A stretch of DNA of 64,000 nt from Fibrobacterota bacterium. GTDB taxonomy: Bacteria; Fibrobacterota; Fibrobacteria; UBA11236. Position numbers and translations under genes: made by a program. Positions 55,932 through 64,000 of the stretch are shown here, one piece after another (position 1 is the first letter of the stretch; the number at the start of each line of letters is the position of its first letter). The DNA lies in NCBI GenBank assembly GCA_028287465.1, contig JAQBPO010000064.1, positions 72,249 to 136,248 on the forward strand, in the 5' to 3' direction. The notes beneath the pieces were generated by a model. The model was given only the letters and a program-made list of their open reading frames with translations. It was not told where the DNA came from and ran no database searches.

Positions 55932-57432
55932 CGGGCAACGCTTTCCCCGGGACCCCCAGCGCGCGTAGCTTCTGCGCCGCCGCGATCTGACCGCGCAGGA
56001 TTTCCAGGGAGACGGGTTTGGTGGTGTAGGCGTCCATGCCGCAGGCGAGGCATTTCTCCTTCGTCCCGGGCATGGCGTTGGCGGTCATGGCCGCGATCCA
56101 GGCCCTGCCTCCCGCTTTCGCCTCCAGCTCGCGGATGGCCGCGGTCGCCGAAAAGCCGTCCAGCAACGGCATCTGGCAGTCCATCAGGATGAGATCGAAG
56201 TTGTTGCGTTCGCACGCTTCGACGCCCTCCCTGCCGTTGACGGCCACCGCCGCCTCGAGGCCGAGGCTTTCGAGGTAGCCCTTCACCACCATCCGATTGA
56301 TCGCATTGTCCTCCACCACCAGGATCCGCAGGGAGGCAGGATCCCCTTTTCCGTCGTTACGGGCCGTAGCGCCGTCCACGACGGTGCGCGAGTCCGCGCC
56401 CTCCCCTTCCGCGGAAGCCTCCTCCGCTCCCGGCAATAAAGCCTGGAGGTCGGCCTGGAACGTCTCCGCACGCGCATGCAGGTCGGCCAGCCTTCGCACC
56501 GAGGAACCCATCATGGCGATATACCTGCGCTGGGTGTCGTCCAGGACGGTCCTGCCCAGCAATCCCGCCATGCGCGTGAGCCCGTGCAAGGGAATGCGCA
56601 TCTTCCGGTACAATCCCGTCAGGCGGAGCCGTTGCCCTTCGATCTCGACGGCGGCCCGTTCCAGCCGCTTCCGATCCGTTACGTCCCGGCCGAACATGGC
56701 CATGCCCGTGACGGCTTTTCCGGAAGTGATCGGATGGAAAGCGATTTCCAGGGTTCCGCGTCCACCCGCCCACTCCAAATCGTGCTCCTGGACGAACCGA
56801 TCGCGGTTGCGGATGCGGCGGGCGGCGTCTTCCCATTGGCTTTGCATTCCCGGGGACAGCCTTTCCAGCAGGCAGGAACCTTCCACCATGGGCTGGCCGG
56901 TCATTTTCATGCACAGCAGGCTCGCGGCCGAATTGAAGACCAGGATGTTGAATCCCAGATCCATGGACCAGATGGCATCCGTCGTGTTTTCGATCAGACC
57001 GTGCAGGTTGGCCTGATCCCGGCGGATGCGCGCCTCGGCCGCCCGCAAGGCCGCGGTCTCGCGGAAGGCATTGAGGGTGCGCATCACCATGGGGATGAAC
57101 CTGGACATGTTGGACTTGAGCACGTAATCCGCGGCGCCGTTCTTGAGCGATTCGATGGCGAGTTCCTCGCCGAGCATGCCCGAGAGGAAGATGAAGGGGA
57201 CGTTAGGGCATTCGCGCCTGCAGTGGGAAAGGGCCTTGAGGCCGTCGCCGCCGGGAACGTTGTGATCGGAAAGGATGAGGTCGAAGGGCTGGTCGTGGAG
57301 GGCGCTTTCGAAAGCGTCCCAGTCCGCCGCGCGGGTGAGGCGGAACCTCATGCCCTGGGCTTTGAGCAATTCCTCCACCATGTCGGCGAAGAAGGGATCG
57401 TCTTCCAGATGTAGGATGCGCAATTCTTGCAT
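55906..57432 (-). CDS. multidomain response-regulator-type phosphorelay protein (REC-PAS-HPt-like-REC)
   Basis: Start placed at MQELRILHLEDDPFF, which is in frame within the artefactually long ORF 55906..58731. REC1 is ...DLILSDHNVPGGDG. A PAS block follows. HPt-like IPLHGLTRMAGLLG. REC2 is ILVVEDNAINR...LILMDCQMPLLDG...TTKP. Confidence 0.55.
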   Translation of the reverse strand: MQELRILHLEDDPFFADMVEELLKAQGMRFRLTRAADWDAFESALHDQPFDLILSDHNVPGGDGLKALSHCRRECPNVPFIFLSGMLGEELAIESLKNGAADYVLKSNMSRFIPMVMRTLNAFRETAALRAAEARIRRDQANLHGLIENTTDAIWSMDLGFNILVFNSAASLLCMKMTGQPMVEGSCLLERLSPGMQSQWEDAARRIRNRDRFVQEHDLEWAGGRGTLEIAFHPITSGKAVTGMAMFGRDVTDRKRLERAAVEIEGQRLRLTGLYRKMRIPLHGLTRMAGLLGRTVLDDTQRRYIAMMGSSVRRLADLHARAETFQADLQALLPGAEEASAEGEGADSRTVVDGATARNDGKGDPASLRILVVEDNAINRMVVKGYLESLGLEAAVAVNGREGVEACERNNFDLILMDCQMPLLDGFSATAAIRELEAKAGGRAWIAAMTANAMPGTKEKCLACGMDAYTTKPVSLEILRGQIAAAQKLRALGVPGKALPVRHPHYRP

Positions 57433-57638
57433 GACGCCGGGCCGTTCGTTTGCAAAGTATAAGCACAGGGACGGACCGCGAACGGGCGGATCCACCCCTG
57501 CATTACGCACAAAATGTACGCGCGTTCCGGAGGCCCGGCAGGACGGGAAATCGGGGTCTTCGGGTAAAATTCCGGGAAAGTTTCCGGGTGCCGGCGGGAT
57601 TCCGGAACGGACGGCCCCGTGCCGGACTCCCGGGCCGC

Positions 57639-60600
57639 CTAAGGCAGTATTTCCAGGCGCGCGTTTTGATTCGCGAGGGCGCGCAGGGCGGGACCGGGGA
57701 GCTCCGAGGATTCCCCCGCATGCCCCCGGCCTTCCCATAGGAGCCTTCCCTGCCAGGTCCAGACGCGGGCCCTGCCGGGCCGGTTCCACAACAGGCGTCC
57801 CCCGTTCATGGCGATCGCGCCCATGGACCCGCCGCGGCCGGCCAGCCGCGCGGACAACCGGGAAATCGCCACCTGGGTGGCCGCGCAGGAAACGGCGCCG
57901 CCATTGTCCAGGCACAGGGTGACTTCCAGGATGCCGTCCTGCGCGGGACGGCTCAATACGAGGGAGTCGGAGGATTGGGCCGTATCGGCGATGTTTACGG
58001 ACAGGAACCATTGGTAGCGGAAGGCCGGCGAGTAGGGTGAGGCCTTGAGCTCGATCGCATTGGTCAGCTCCGGCCTGAGAGCGAGAGGCGCGTCCCCGTT
58101 CCATTTGGGTTTGGCGGGCAAAATGAACTTCGGATCCGGAATCGAGTTGCGGACGCGGACCGTCACGTCCTTGGATTCCTCGTTCGTTCCGTAGACCGCG
58201 GTGAACCGGTAGACCATCACCGTATCCCTGGACACGCGCGGCGCGGTGATGATGAGGGATTCCACTTCCGGATCCAGGATTTTCGGCGCGGGGCCGGAGA
58301 CGACGGACCAGGAGAAGCCTTGCGAGCAGGCGGCCTTGCCTTTCAGGAGGGCGGGCTGGCCCTCGTCCACCGTCAGGGTTTCCGGCAAGGCCTGGAAAAC
58401 GCTGTCGCAGACGGTCACGGTGAGCTTGGCATCGCGGCTGGTATCGGCCCCATACGCATTGCTGACGATGACGGTGAAGATCGCGCCGTCGTCGGAGAGC
58501 TTGGCCGTGTCCAGGGCGAAGGTGGAGTCGGTGGAGAGGATGGTCGCGCTCCCCCTGCGCCGCCATTTGAAGGCCACGGGTTGGGCGCCGATGGCCCCCA
58601 CGGTGAATACGGCTTTCTTCCCCTTGCCCACGAAGATGTCCGCGGGTTCCCGGGTGATAAGGGCCCCTTGCACCACGGTGAGCTTGGCTTCCCGGGTGGC
58701 CGCCTGGCCGTAGGCGTTGATCACGGTGCATGAATAGAGGGACGCGTTATCGCCCATAACGGTAGCTCCCAGGGCGAGGGTGGAATCCCGGGAGACCACG
58801 GTGGTATCCCCTTTCCTGCGCCATTGATACTCAAGGGCGCCGCTACCGGCGGCCCCGACGCTGAAGGAAGCCTTCTGTCCGGCCACGACGGCCGTGTCCC
58901 TGGGTTCGCGGGTCACTACGGCCGGCCGGTTCACTTTCAGGGCCGCATTGAAGGAGGTATCGCTGCCATAGGAATTGGCGACGATGCAGAAGTACGACGC
59001 GCCGCTGTCCGCCGGGGCGACTGAGGCCAAGGCCAGCACGGAATCCCCCGCGAGGAACCCGGGCGTCCCCGCCTTTTGCCACTGGTATCCCAAGGGACCG
59101 GAGCCGATCGCGCGCACCCTGAACGCGGCGGGTTTACCGGCGAGCACGGAAGTATCCTGCGGCTCCAGGGTGATGACCGGGATGACGCCTACGGTAAGCT
59201 TGGCCTCGCGCGTCAATGCCTGCCCGTAATCGTTGATCACGGTGCATTGGAAAAGGGCTCCGCTATCGCTCAACGCGGGCAAGGCCAGGACGTATTCGGC
59301 GGCCGTGGAAATCACCGCCGCATCCCCTTTGCGGCGCCATTCGTACTTGAGGGTGCCGCTTCCCGCGGCCGTAACCGTGAAGCGCGCCTCGCGGCCCGTC
59401 GCCACCTTAACGTCCAGGGGCTGCACGGTTATGGTCGGGATGGTGTTGACCGTCAGGACGGCTTCGGGCGAGGTGTCCGTGCCGTAAGGATTGGAAACGA
59501 TGCAATACCACGAGGTGCCGTTCTGGGAGGCCAGGACCGGATTGAAGGTCAAGGTCGATCCGGAAGCGACGGTGGCGGTATCGCCTTTCCTCTTCCATTT
59601 ATAGGCGAGGGGAGCGCTTCCCTTGGCCGAAACGGTGAAGGTGGCCACGGAGCCGGCCAAGAAGGATGCGCTTACGGGCCCCGCGGTGATCTTGGCGGGA
59701 TCGTTCACGTTGAGCTTCGCGTCTCCGGATTCGGTGGCGCCGTTCGCATTGGTGACGGCGCAATAGTAGAGCGCCCCGCTGTCGGAAGCCGCGGCCGAAG
59801 CGATGGTGAAGACGGCGTCGGTTGAAAGGACCGTCGCGTCCGGGCGTTTACGCCAGGCAAAGGCCAAGGTGGGCGCGCCCGTTGCGGCCACGGTGAACTC
59901 CGCCTTCGCCCCGGTCGAAACCGTAACGTCCTTGGGTTGGACGGTGATGGAAGGAGGGGCGAAAACCCAGCGGGAGTTGCCGGAACCGTTTGTGCAGTTG
60001 GACGCGGCCTTCCCGTCCTGGGCGCCGGTTACCGCGCTCTTGGCGATGGCCGCGAAATCCGCGTCCAGGGTCCCGCCGGCATGGATGGTCCAGGCCGAGC
60101 CGGGATTGAGGTTGAGCAGGTTGCCGGACTGCCCCGTCAGGGCGATGTTGCCGTCCGCGCCCAGGTCCCGGCCGCCCAGGTTCGCGAAGGTGGACGCGTT
60201 TCCGTTCGTAACCGTGAGGTTACCGGAGACGTTCACGTTGTTGCCGGCCAGGTTCAGGGTTCCCGCCGATTGGGCCAGGGATTTCCCGACCAGGGGCGCC
60301 CCCAGGCTGAGGGTTCCGGTTCCGGGATGCCGTACGTTGCCGATGGACCCGCCGGTGACGCTCAAGGTCTGGCTCGCCGGGGAGGCCGCGGCCATATCCA
60401 GGTTGGAATTGTCCGCGGAGCCGGAATTCTGGAGGGACAGGGTCACGTTCCCCTTGGCCGTCCAGGTACCGTTCCCCATCAGCAATTGCTGGGTGGGCGT
60501 TCCCGCCGATCCGTTGGCCGCCCGGAGGATGTCCCCGTCCGCGGCGACATTGGTGTTGTTGGCCCGGAAATCCAGGATACCCTGCAATCCCGAGGATCCC

Positions 60601-62072
60601 AGTTCATCCCGCAGGATGAGGGCGCCCTTGACCTGGAGGGTTCCGGGCGCCGTGGTGATCCGGGCCGGGAAGGTGGACCCGATCGCCCAAAGGTACAGGT
60701 TGGGAAAGGCCGCGTTCCCGGGCGTGAAGACCAGATTCTTGCCGGCGCCGGCGGTGCTTTGGCTCCGGATCTGGACATTGCCCGTCGCGGGCATGGCGGT
60801 GACGCCGGAGAAATTCGCATCGCCCTTTACGATCAGGGTATCCCCGGTGCCCAATGCCCGGAAAGCGCCGCCGCTGGCGGAGAGTCCGGCGAACTCATTG
60901 GTCCGGCTGCCCAGGTCGAACATACCGCCGGTCATGGTCAGGACCCCGGCCACCAAGGGCCGGTTGGTAATCTGGACCGTACCGTTCCCGGATTTGGATA
61001 TCGCCGGATGGATCGCGCCCGGCAGCGGGGAGAACAATTGCGTCGCCGAGGCCGAATTGAAGGCCAGGGTGCCGGTACCGGCATTGAGGGTGGCGGTCGT
61101 CCCGAAGTCGGCGTTTCCGGAAAGGGTCAGGGTGGAGGTCCCGAAGGAGAAGGCGCCGGTGTAGCCGTTCATGTCCAGGCTTTGCGCCGAAAGGTTGGCC
61201 GTCAGCAGGGCATTGGATTGGGCCGTGCTTGTGATGCCGCTGAAGGACATGTCCATATTGGCTGCGGTGATGTTCCCGTTCGCCTGGAAGTCGTCGAAGA
61301 CGACCGTGGTCGAAACCCCAAGATTATGGGAGGTTGCGAAAAGGCCGATCTGGGAATTGGCCGCCGCGCTCTGGGGCGAGCCGAATCCCAGAAGGGTCCA
61401 GGGAGCGTTCTGGGATGTCTTATAATACCCGTAGAAGACTCCGCCCTTCCTCGCGGCCCGGAGCCAGACGGGAAAGACCGGGACCAACGGAGCGACGCCT
61501 GGCCCGCCCGGGCTTTCGAACTCGCCTTGGGTACCGGTGGAATCGAACTGGATCTTGATGCCGTTCTGCGGGGTTACGACCACGGCGAAGCATCCACCGG
61601 CCGTCGGGTTGCCGAATTCGTCGTATATCAGGATGCCGGCCTTGGCCCATTCGTAGGAATTGCTCTGGGAGACCACCTGCACGGAAACGTCGAAGTTACC
61701 CGTGATGTCATCGCGCCAGACGGCCGTATACTGGTTGTCGGCGAACCAGATATCGTTACCCCTGCCGGTCAGGGTGAGCTTGTCGGCGGCGGCGGTCAGG
61801 CTGAAGGAACCGGTGGTCCCGTCATTGTCATTGTCGCGGAACTTCCAATTGGCATTGAGCGCATCGCTGGTGAAGTCGTCGTCAAAGCCGGACTTGGGCC
61901 AGGCGCCCCCGCCGTTACTGTATTGGGACCAGTTCCCGCTTTTTTGGACCTCGCCACCGCCGTTCAGCAGGTGCACGGAGGGATTCCAGAAGAAATTCTC
62001 GGCCCGCGCCGCGCCGCCCAGGACGAGGGCGAACAGGATCAGGCGCGAAAGGACGCGGCCCTTGGATCCCAT
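57639..62072 (-). CDS. giant secreted adhesin: concanavalin-like N-terminal domain, beta-helical passenger-type repeats, 6 tandem Ig (I-set-like) domains, and the shared C-terminal module plus tail
   Basis: Signal peptide MGSKGRVLSRLILFALVLGGAARA. Beta-helix repeats are of the GTGTLAFNSASA / GTLNLAGNNVNVSGNLTV type. Six 86-aa repeats with F.V.A.G..PL.Y.W.(R/K)KG...............SD.G.Y.C.V.N.G...S..A.L.V. The C-terminus matches the DUF2341-LamG proteins. Confidence 0.65.
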   Translation of the reverse strand: MGSKGRVLSRLILFALVLGGAARAENFFWNPSVHLLNGGGEVQKSGNWSQYSNGGGAWPKSGFDDDFTSDALNANWKFRDNDNDGTTGSFSLTAAADKLTLTGRGNDIWFADNQYTAVWRDDITGNFDVSVQVVSQSNSYEWAKAGILIYDEFGNPTAGGCFAVVVTPQNGIKIQFDSTGTQGEFESPGGPGVAPLVPVFPVWLRAARKGGVFYGYYKTSQNAPWTLLGFGSPQSAAANSQIGLFATSHNLGVSTTVVFDDFQANGNITAANMDMSFSGITSTAQSNALLTANLSAQSLDMNGYTGAFSFGTSTLTLSGNADFGTTATLNAGTGTLAFNSASATQLFSPLPGAIHPAISKSGNGTVQITNRPLVAGVLTMTGGMFDLGSRTNEFAGLSASGGAFRALGTGDTLIVKGDANFSGVTAMPATGNVQIRSQSTAGAGKNLVFTPGNAAFPNLYLWAIGSTFPARITTAPGTLQVKGALILRDELGSSGLQGILDFRANNTNVAADGDILRAANGSAGTPTQQLLMGNGTWTAKGNVTLSLQNSGSADNSNLDMAAASPASQTLSVTGGSIGNVRHPGTGTLSLGAPLVGKSLAQSAGTLNLAGNNVNVSGNLTVTNGNASTFANLGGRDLGADGNIALTGQSGNLLNLNPGSAWTIHAGGTLDADFAAIAKSAVTGAQDGKAASNCTNGSGNSRWVFAPPSITVQPKDVTVSTGAKAEFTVAATGAPTLAFAWRKRPDATVLSTDAVFTIASAAASDSGALYYCAVTNANGATESGDAKLNVNDPAKITAGPVSASFLAGSVATFTVSAKGSAPLAYKWKRKGDTATVASGSTLTFNPVLASQNGTSWYCIVSNPYGTDTSPEAVLTVNTIPTITVQPLDVKVATGREARFTVTAAGSGTLKYEWRRKGDAAVISTAAEYVLALPALSDSGALFQCTVINDYGQALTREAKLTVGVIPVITLEPQDTSVLAGKPAAFRVRAIGSGPLGYQWQKAGTPGFLAGDSVLALASVAPADSGASYFCIVANSYGSDTSFNAALKVNRPAVVTREPRDTAVVAGQKASFSVGAAGSGALEYQWRRKGDTTVVSRDSTLALGATVMGDNASLYSCTVINAYGQAATREAKLTVVQGALITREPADIFVGKGKKAVFTVGAIGAQPVAFKWRRRGSATILSTDSTFALDTAKLSDDGAIFTVIVSNAYGADTSRDAKLTVTVCDSVFQALPETLTVDEGQPALLKGKAACSQGFSWSVVSGPAPKILDPEVESLIITAPRVSRDTVMVYRFTAVYGTNEESKDVTVRVRNSIPDPKFILPAKPKWNGDAPLALRPELTNAIELKASPYSPAFRYQWFLSVNIADTAQSSDSLVLSRPAQDGILEVTLCLDNGGAVSCAATQVAISRLSARLAGRGGSMGAIAMNGGRLLWNRPGRARVWTWQGRLLWEGRGHAGESSELPGPALRALANQNARLEILP
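58517..60062 (-). repeat. six diverged tandem coding repeats of about 258 bp (Ig-like domains) inside the giant adhesin gene
   Basis: Periodic protein repeat seen in the translation. Boundaries are approximate (about +-30 nt). Confidence 0.6.
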
Positions 62073-62390
62073 GATATGATTATGGACAAACCGGAAAACC
62101 ACATGAACGAACATGCCACCACTCCAAATCCCCCTCGCTCAAGTCTTCTCCGCTGGGCGGGCCTAGTCCGAAGGCGCTTTGGATCCGCTCAGGCCCGAGA
62201 ACCGCGTCTCCCATTCCCGGGGAGGCCGCAATCCACGCATCCGCACCCCGTGTCCCCCAACCACTAACCGCGGGATCCGGAGCGAATGCGCCGCCAAATA
62301 ATAGTTATGGTATGGTTGGAGCGTATCGATCAGGCTGGATGAAAATTTGCCCCCGGATGGAACGAAAACCTAAAATCCTATATTAGCGGA

Positions 62391-63353
62391 GTGCCCGTTT
62401 TGCCGAAATTACCGTCCGTCATGTTGTTTCTCGCCGCCTGTTTCTGGGGAGTCTGCATCCCCATCATGAAGGCCTTGGGCACGGAACAGGCCATCCTGGC
62501 CCCCGAGGCGGGGTCCCTGGGCGGTTCCGCGGCCTCCTTATGCGCCCGCTTCGGCATCGCAGCCCTGTTCGTCCTGGCCTGGTCGCGCCGATCCCCGATG
62601 GGAATCAAGCCTGCGGAATGGGGGCACGGGGCCATTCTCGGAGGGTTCACCGCCGTCAGCATGTTCCTCCAGGTGGACGGCCTTAACTATACCAATGCCT
62701 CCACGGCCGGGTTCCTCATCGCCCTTTATTCCGTGCTCATACCCACCTTCACCTGGCTCGCGGGCAAACGCCGGATGACGCCGGTCCTGTTCCTGTGTTG
62801 CATGCTGGTGCTGGCGGGCATGGCGACCCTCACCGGCTTCGACCCGCGCTCCTTCCGCCTGGGGCGCGGGGAATGGGAGAACCTGGGCGCGGCCTGCCTG
62901 TTCGCGGGGCAGATCCTATGGGTGGACCGGGTGCCTTATGGCCGTGTCGATTCCGGCCGCCTCACCTTCGTCCTCTGCGCGTCGGTTTCCCTCGCCTGCC
63001 TGGCCGCCCTGGCCTTCCTGCCCGGCGGCGTTCCGGCCCTGATCCACGCGCATGCCTCAACCCGGGCCCTGGGGCTCACCCTGTTCCTGGCCCTCCTGGG
63101 AACGGCCGCGCCGTTCCTGCTCATGAACGGGTTCCAATCCAAGGTGGGACCGGTCGCGGCCGGGTTCATCTATTGCGTCGAACCGCTCACGGCGGCCCTG
63201 GGCGCGTTCTTCCTGCCGGAACTCCTGGTCCGCAGCCCGGATCTCTATGCGAACGAAGCCGTGACGGTGAAATTGGCCCTGGGCGGGCTGATGATCCTCG
63301 CGGCCAACCTGCTGCTGCTCCGCGATCGCTCCGGCACCACGCTCCCGGCGTAA
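62391..63353 (+). CDS. DMT-superfamily (EamA-like) transporter, 10 TM
   Basis: Two EamA-like halves, hydrophobic throughout, 320 aa. Confidence 0.55.
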   Translation: MPVLPKLPSVMLFLAACFWGVCIPIMKALGTEQAILAPEAGSLGGSAASLCARFGIAALFVLAWSRRSPMGIKPAEWGHGAILGGFTAVSMFLQVDGLNYTNASTAGFLIALYSVLIPTFTWLAGKRRMTPVLFLCCMLVLAGMATLTGFDPRSFRLGRGEWENLGAACLFAGQILWVDRVPYGRVDSGRLTFVLCASVSLACLAALAFLPGGVPALIHAHASTRALGLTLFLALLGTAAPFLLMNGFQSKVGPVAAGFIYCVEPLTAALGAFFLPELLVRSPDLYANEAVTVKLALGGLMILAANLLLLRDRSGTTLPA

Positions 63354-63421
63354 CCTTCCGATTACCTTGGCCCTGATCGGGTCGACGGGCGCCATGGGGC
63401 GTCCACCAACCCCGGAAGGGC

Positions 63422-64000
63422 CTAGCGGCCCGTTTTGACCGCGAGGAAATCCAGGCGCGCAGCCCCCATGCGCAGGGAGCGCTCCGCGCCCGCGGGCAAT
63501 TGCGCCGATGAACCGGGAGCGCCCCAGGTCTGCCACAGGATCCTGCCGCGCCAGTCCATGACCCGCGCCAGCCCGGGCCTGTTCCATCCGAGCCGGTTCC
63601 CGTCAAGCCAGACCGGACCCGAATGCGTCCTGCCCAGGAGCAGGGACAGGGAAATGCGCTTGACCTCCACCACGGCCTTGGAGCAGGACGGCGCGCCGCC
63701 ATTGTCCACGCACAGGGAGATCTCGATGTTGCCGTCCTCCTGCGCCTCATGCAGCACCAGGGAATCCCCCGCTACGCTGGAATCCGCGATGTAGGGATTG
63801 ACCGCCCACAGGTAACGCAGGGGATACTTGGGGAACTTCGCGAGCTCGGCCGCGTTCGCGATCTTGGGGCGGATGACCTTCTTGCCTTCGCCGTTCCAGG
63901 ACGGCAGGACGGGCAAGGCGACCGAAGGATCGGGAATGGTGTCCTTCACCTTGACGGTCACGTTCTTGGACTCCCAGTTGCCGCCGAACAGGGCCGAGAA
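63422..64000 (-). CDS. 3' part of a secreted surface protein carrying the same C-terminal module and sorting-type tail as the giant adhesin; 5' end lies beyond the window
   Basis: The frame stays open to nt 64000. ...VTVKVKDTIPDPSVALPVLPSWNGEGK...NIEISLCVDNGGAPSCSKAV...LGWNRPGLARVMDWRGRILW is parallel to the C-terminus of 57639..62072. Confidence 0.6.
   Translation of the reverse strand, partial: FSALFGGNWESKNVTVKVKDTIPDPSVALPVLPSWNGEGKKVIRPKIANAAELAKFPKYPLRYLWAVNPYIADSSVAGDSLVLHEAQEDGNIEISLCVDNGGAPSCSKAVVEVKRISLSLLLGRTHSGPVWLDGNRLGWNRPGLARVMDWRGRILWQTWGAPGSSAQLPAGAERSLRMGAARLDFLAVKTGR

Noticed and set aside
57433-58731. N-terminal 433 codons of the six-frame ORF 55906..58731
   Set aside because: This stretch overlaps the 3' part of the giant adhesin gene in another frame and is Arg/Pro/Gly-rich. 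A clean receiver N-terminus (MQELRILHLEDD) begins at 57432.
58517-60062. Possible CRISPR-like periodicity
   Set aside because: The periodic signal is a protein-coding repeat of about 258 bp (Ig domains) inside one long ORF. It is not short direct repeats with unique spacers. I found no cas genes and no CRISPR array anywhere in the window.

Overview
This 64-kb window is a GC-rich (about 65-70% GC) bacterial chromosomal segment, densely coding on both strands. I call about 48 protein genes plus one tRNA-His and found no transposase, integrase or CRISPR array. It is an accessory-like, cell-surface-heavy region. It holds three fibro-slime-domain proteins, a DUF4423/TIGR02147-like HTH protein and several T9SS-type C-terminal sorting tails. 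It also holds a TonB-dependent receptor followed by a BtuG-like beta-propeller lipoprotein. Together these suggest a Fibrobacteres-like or wider FCB-superphylum organism; that lineage call is an inference.

Main observations, in order of interest:
1. A divergently transcribed four-gene minor-pilin (pseudopilin) operon at 11.4-14.9 kb. Its last gene fuses a GspK/PilX-like pilin N-terminus to PA14 and fibro-slime domains. It ends in a 37-bp tandem repeat and is flanked by three paralogous secreted alpha/beta-hydrolase esterases.
2. A conserved C-terminal module of about 230 aa shared by four proteins: two tandem DUF2341+LamG (MshQ-like) proteins, a 1,477-aa adhesin with six Ig repeats, and a partial gene at the window end.
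3. A candidate cobalamin riboswitch in a 630-bp leader upstream of a BtuB-like receptor and BtuG-like lipoprotein, with cobD and a cbiZ-like gene about 7 kb away.
4. Chemotaxis and motility-related genes: a compact CheA-like kinase without a CheW domain, a FapA/DUF342 gene with a degenerate pseudo-receiver, and a motAB pair.
5. Two paralogous hybrid histidine kinases, one ending in an in-frame 12-bp microsatellite.
6. folE2 preceded by a perfect 14-bp palindrome and an AT-rich Zur-box-like patch.
7. Several uncharacterised membrane or surface gene pairs.

Many long ORFs in the six-frame track are antisense or alternate-frame artefacts of the high GC content and were not called.
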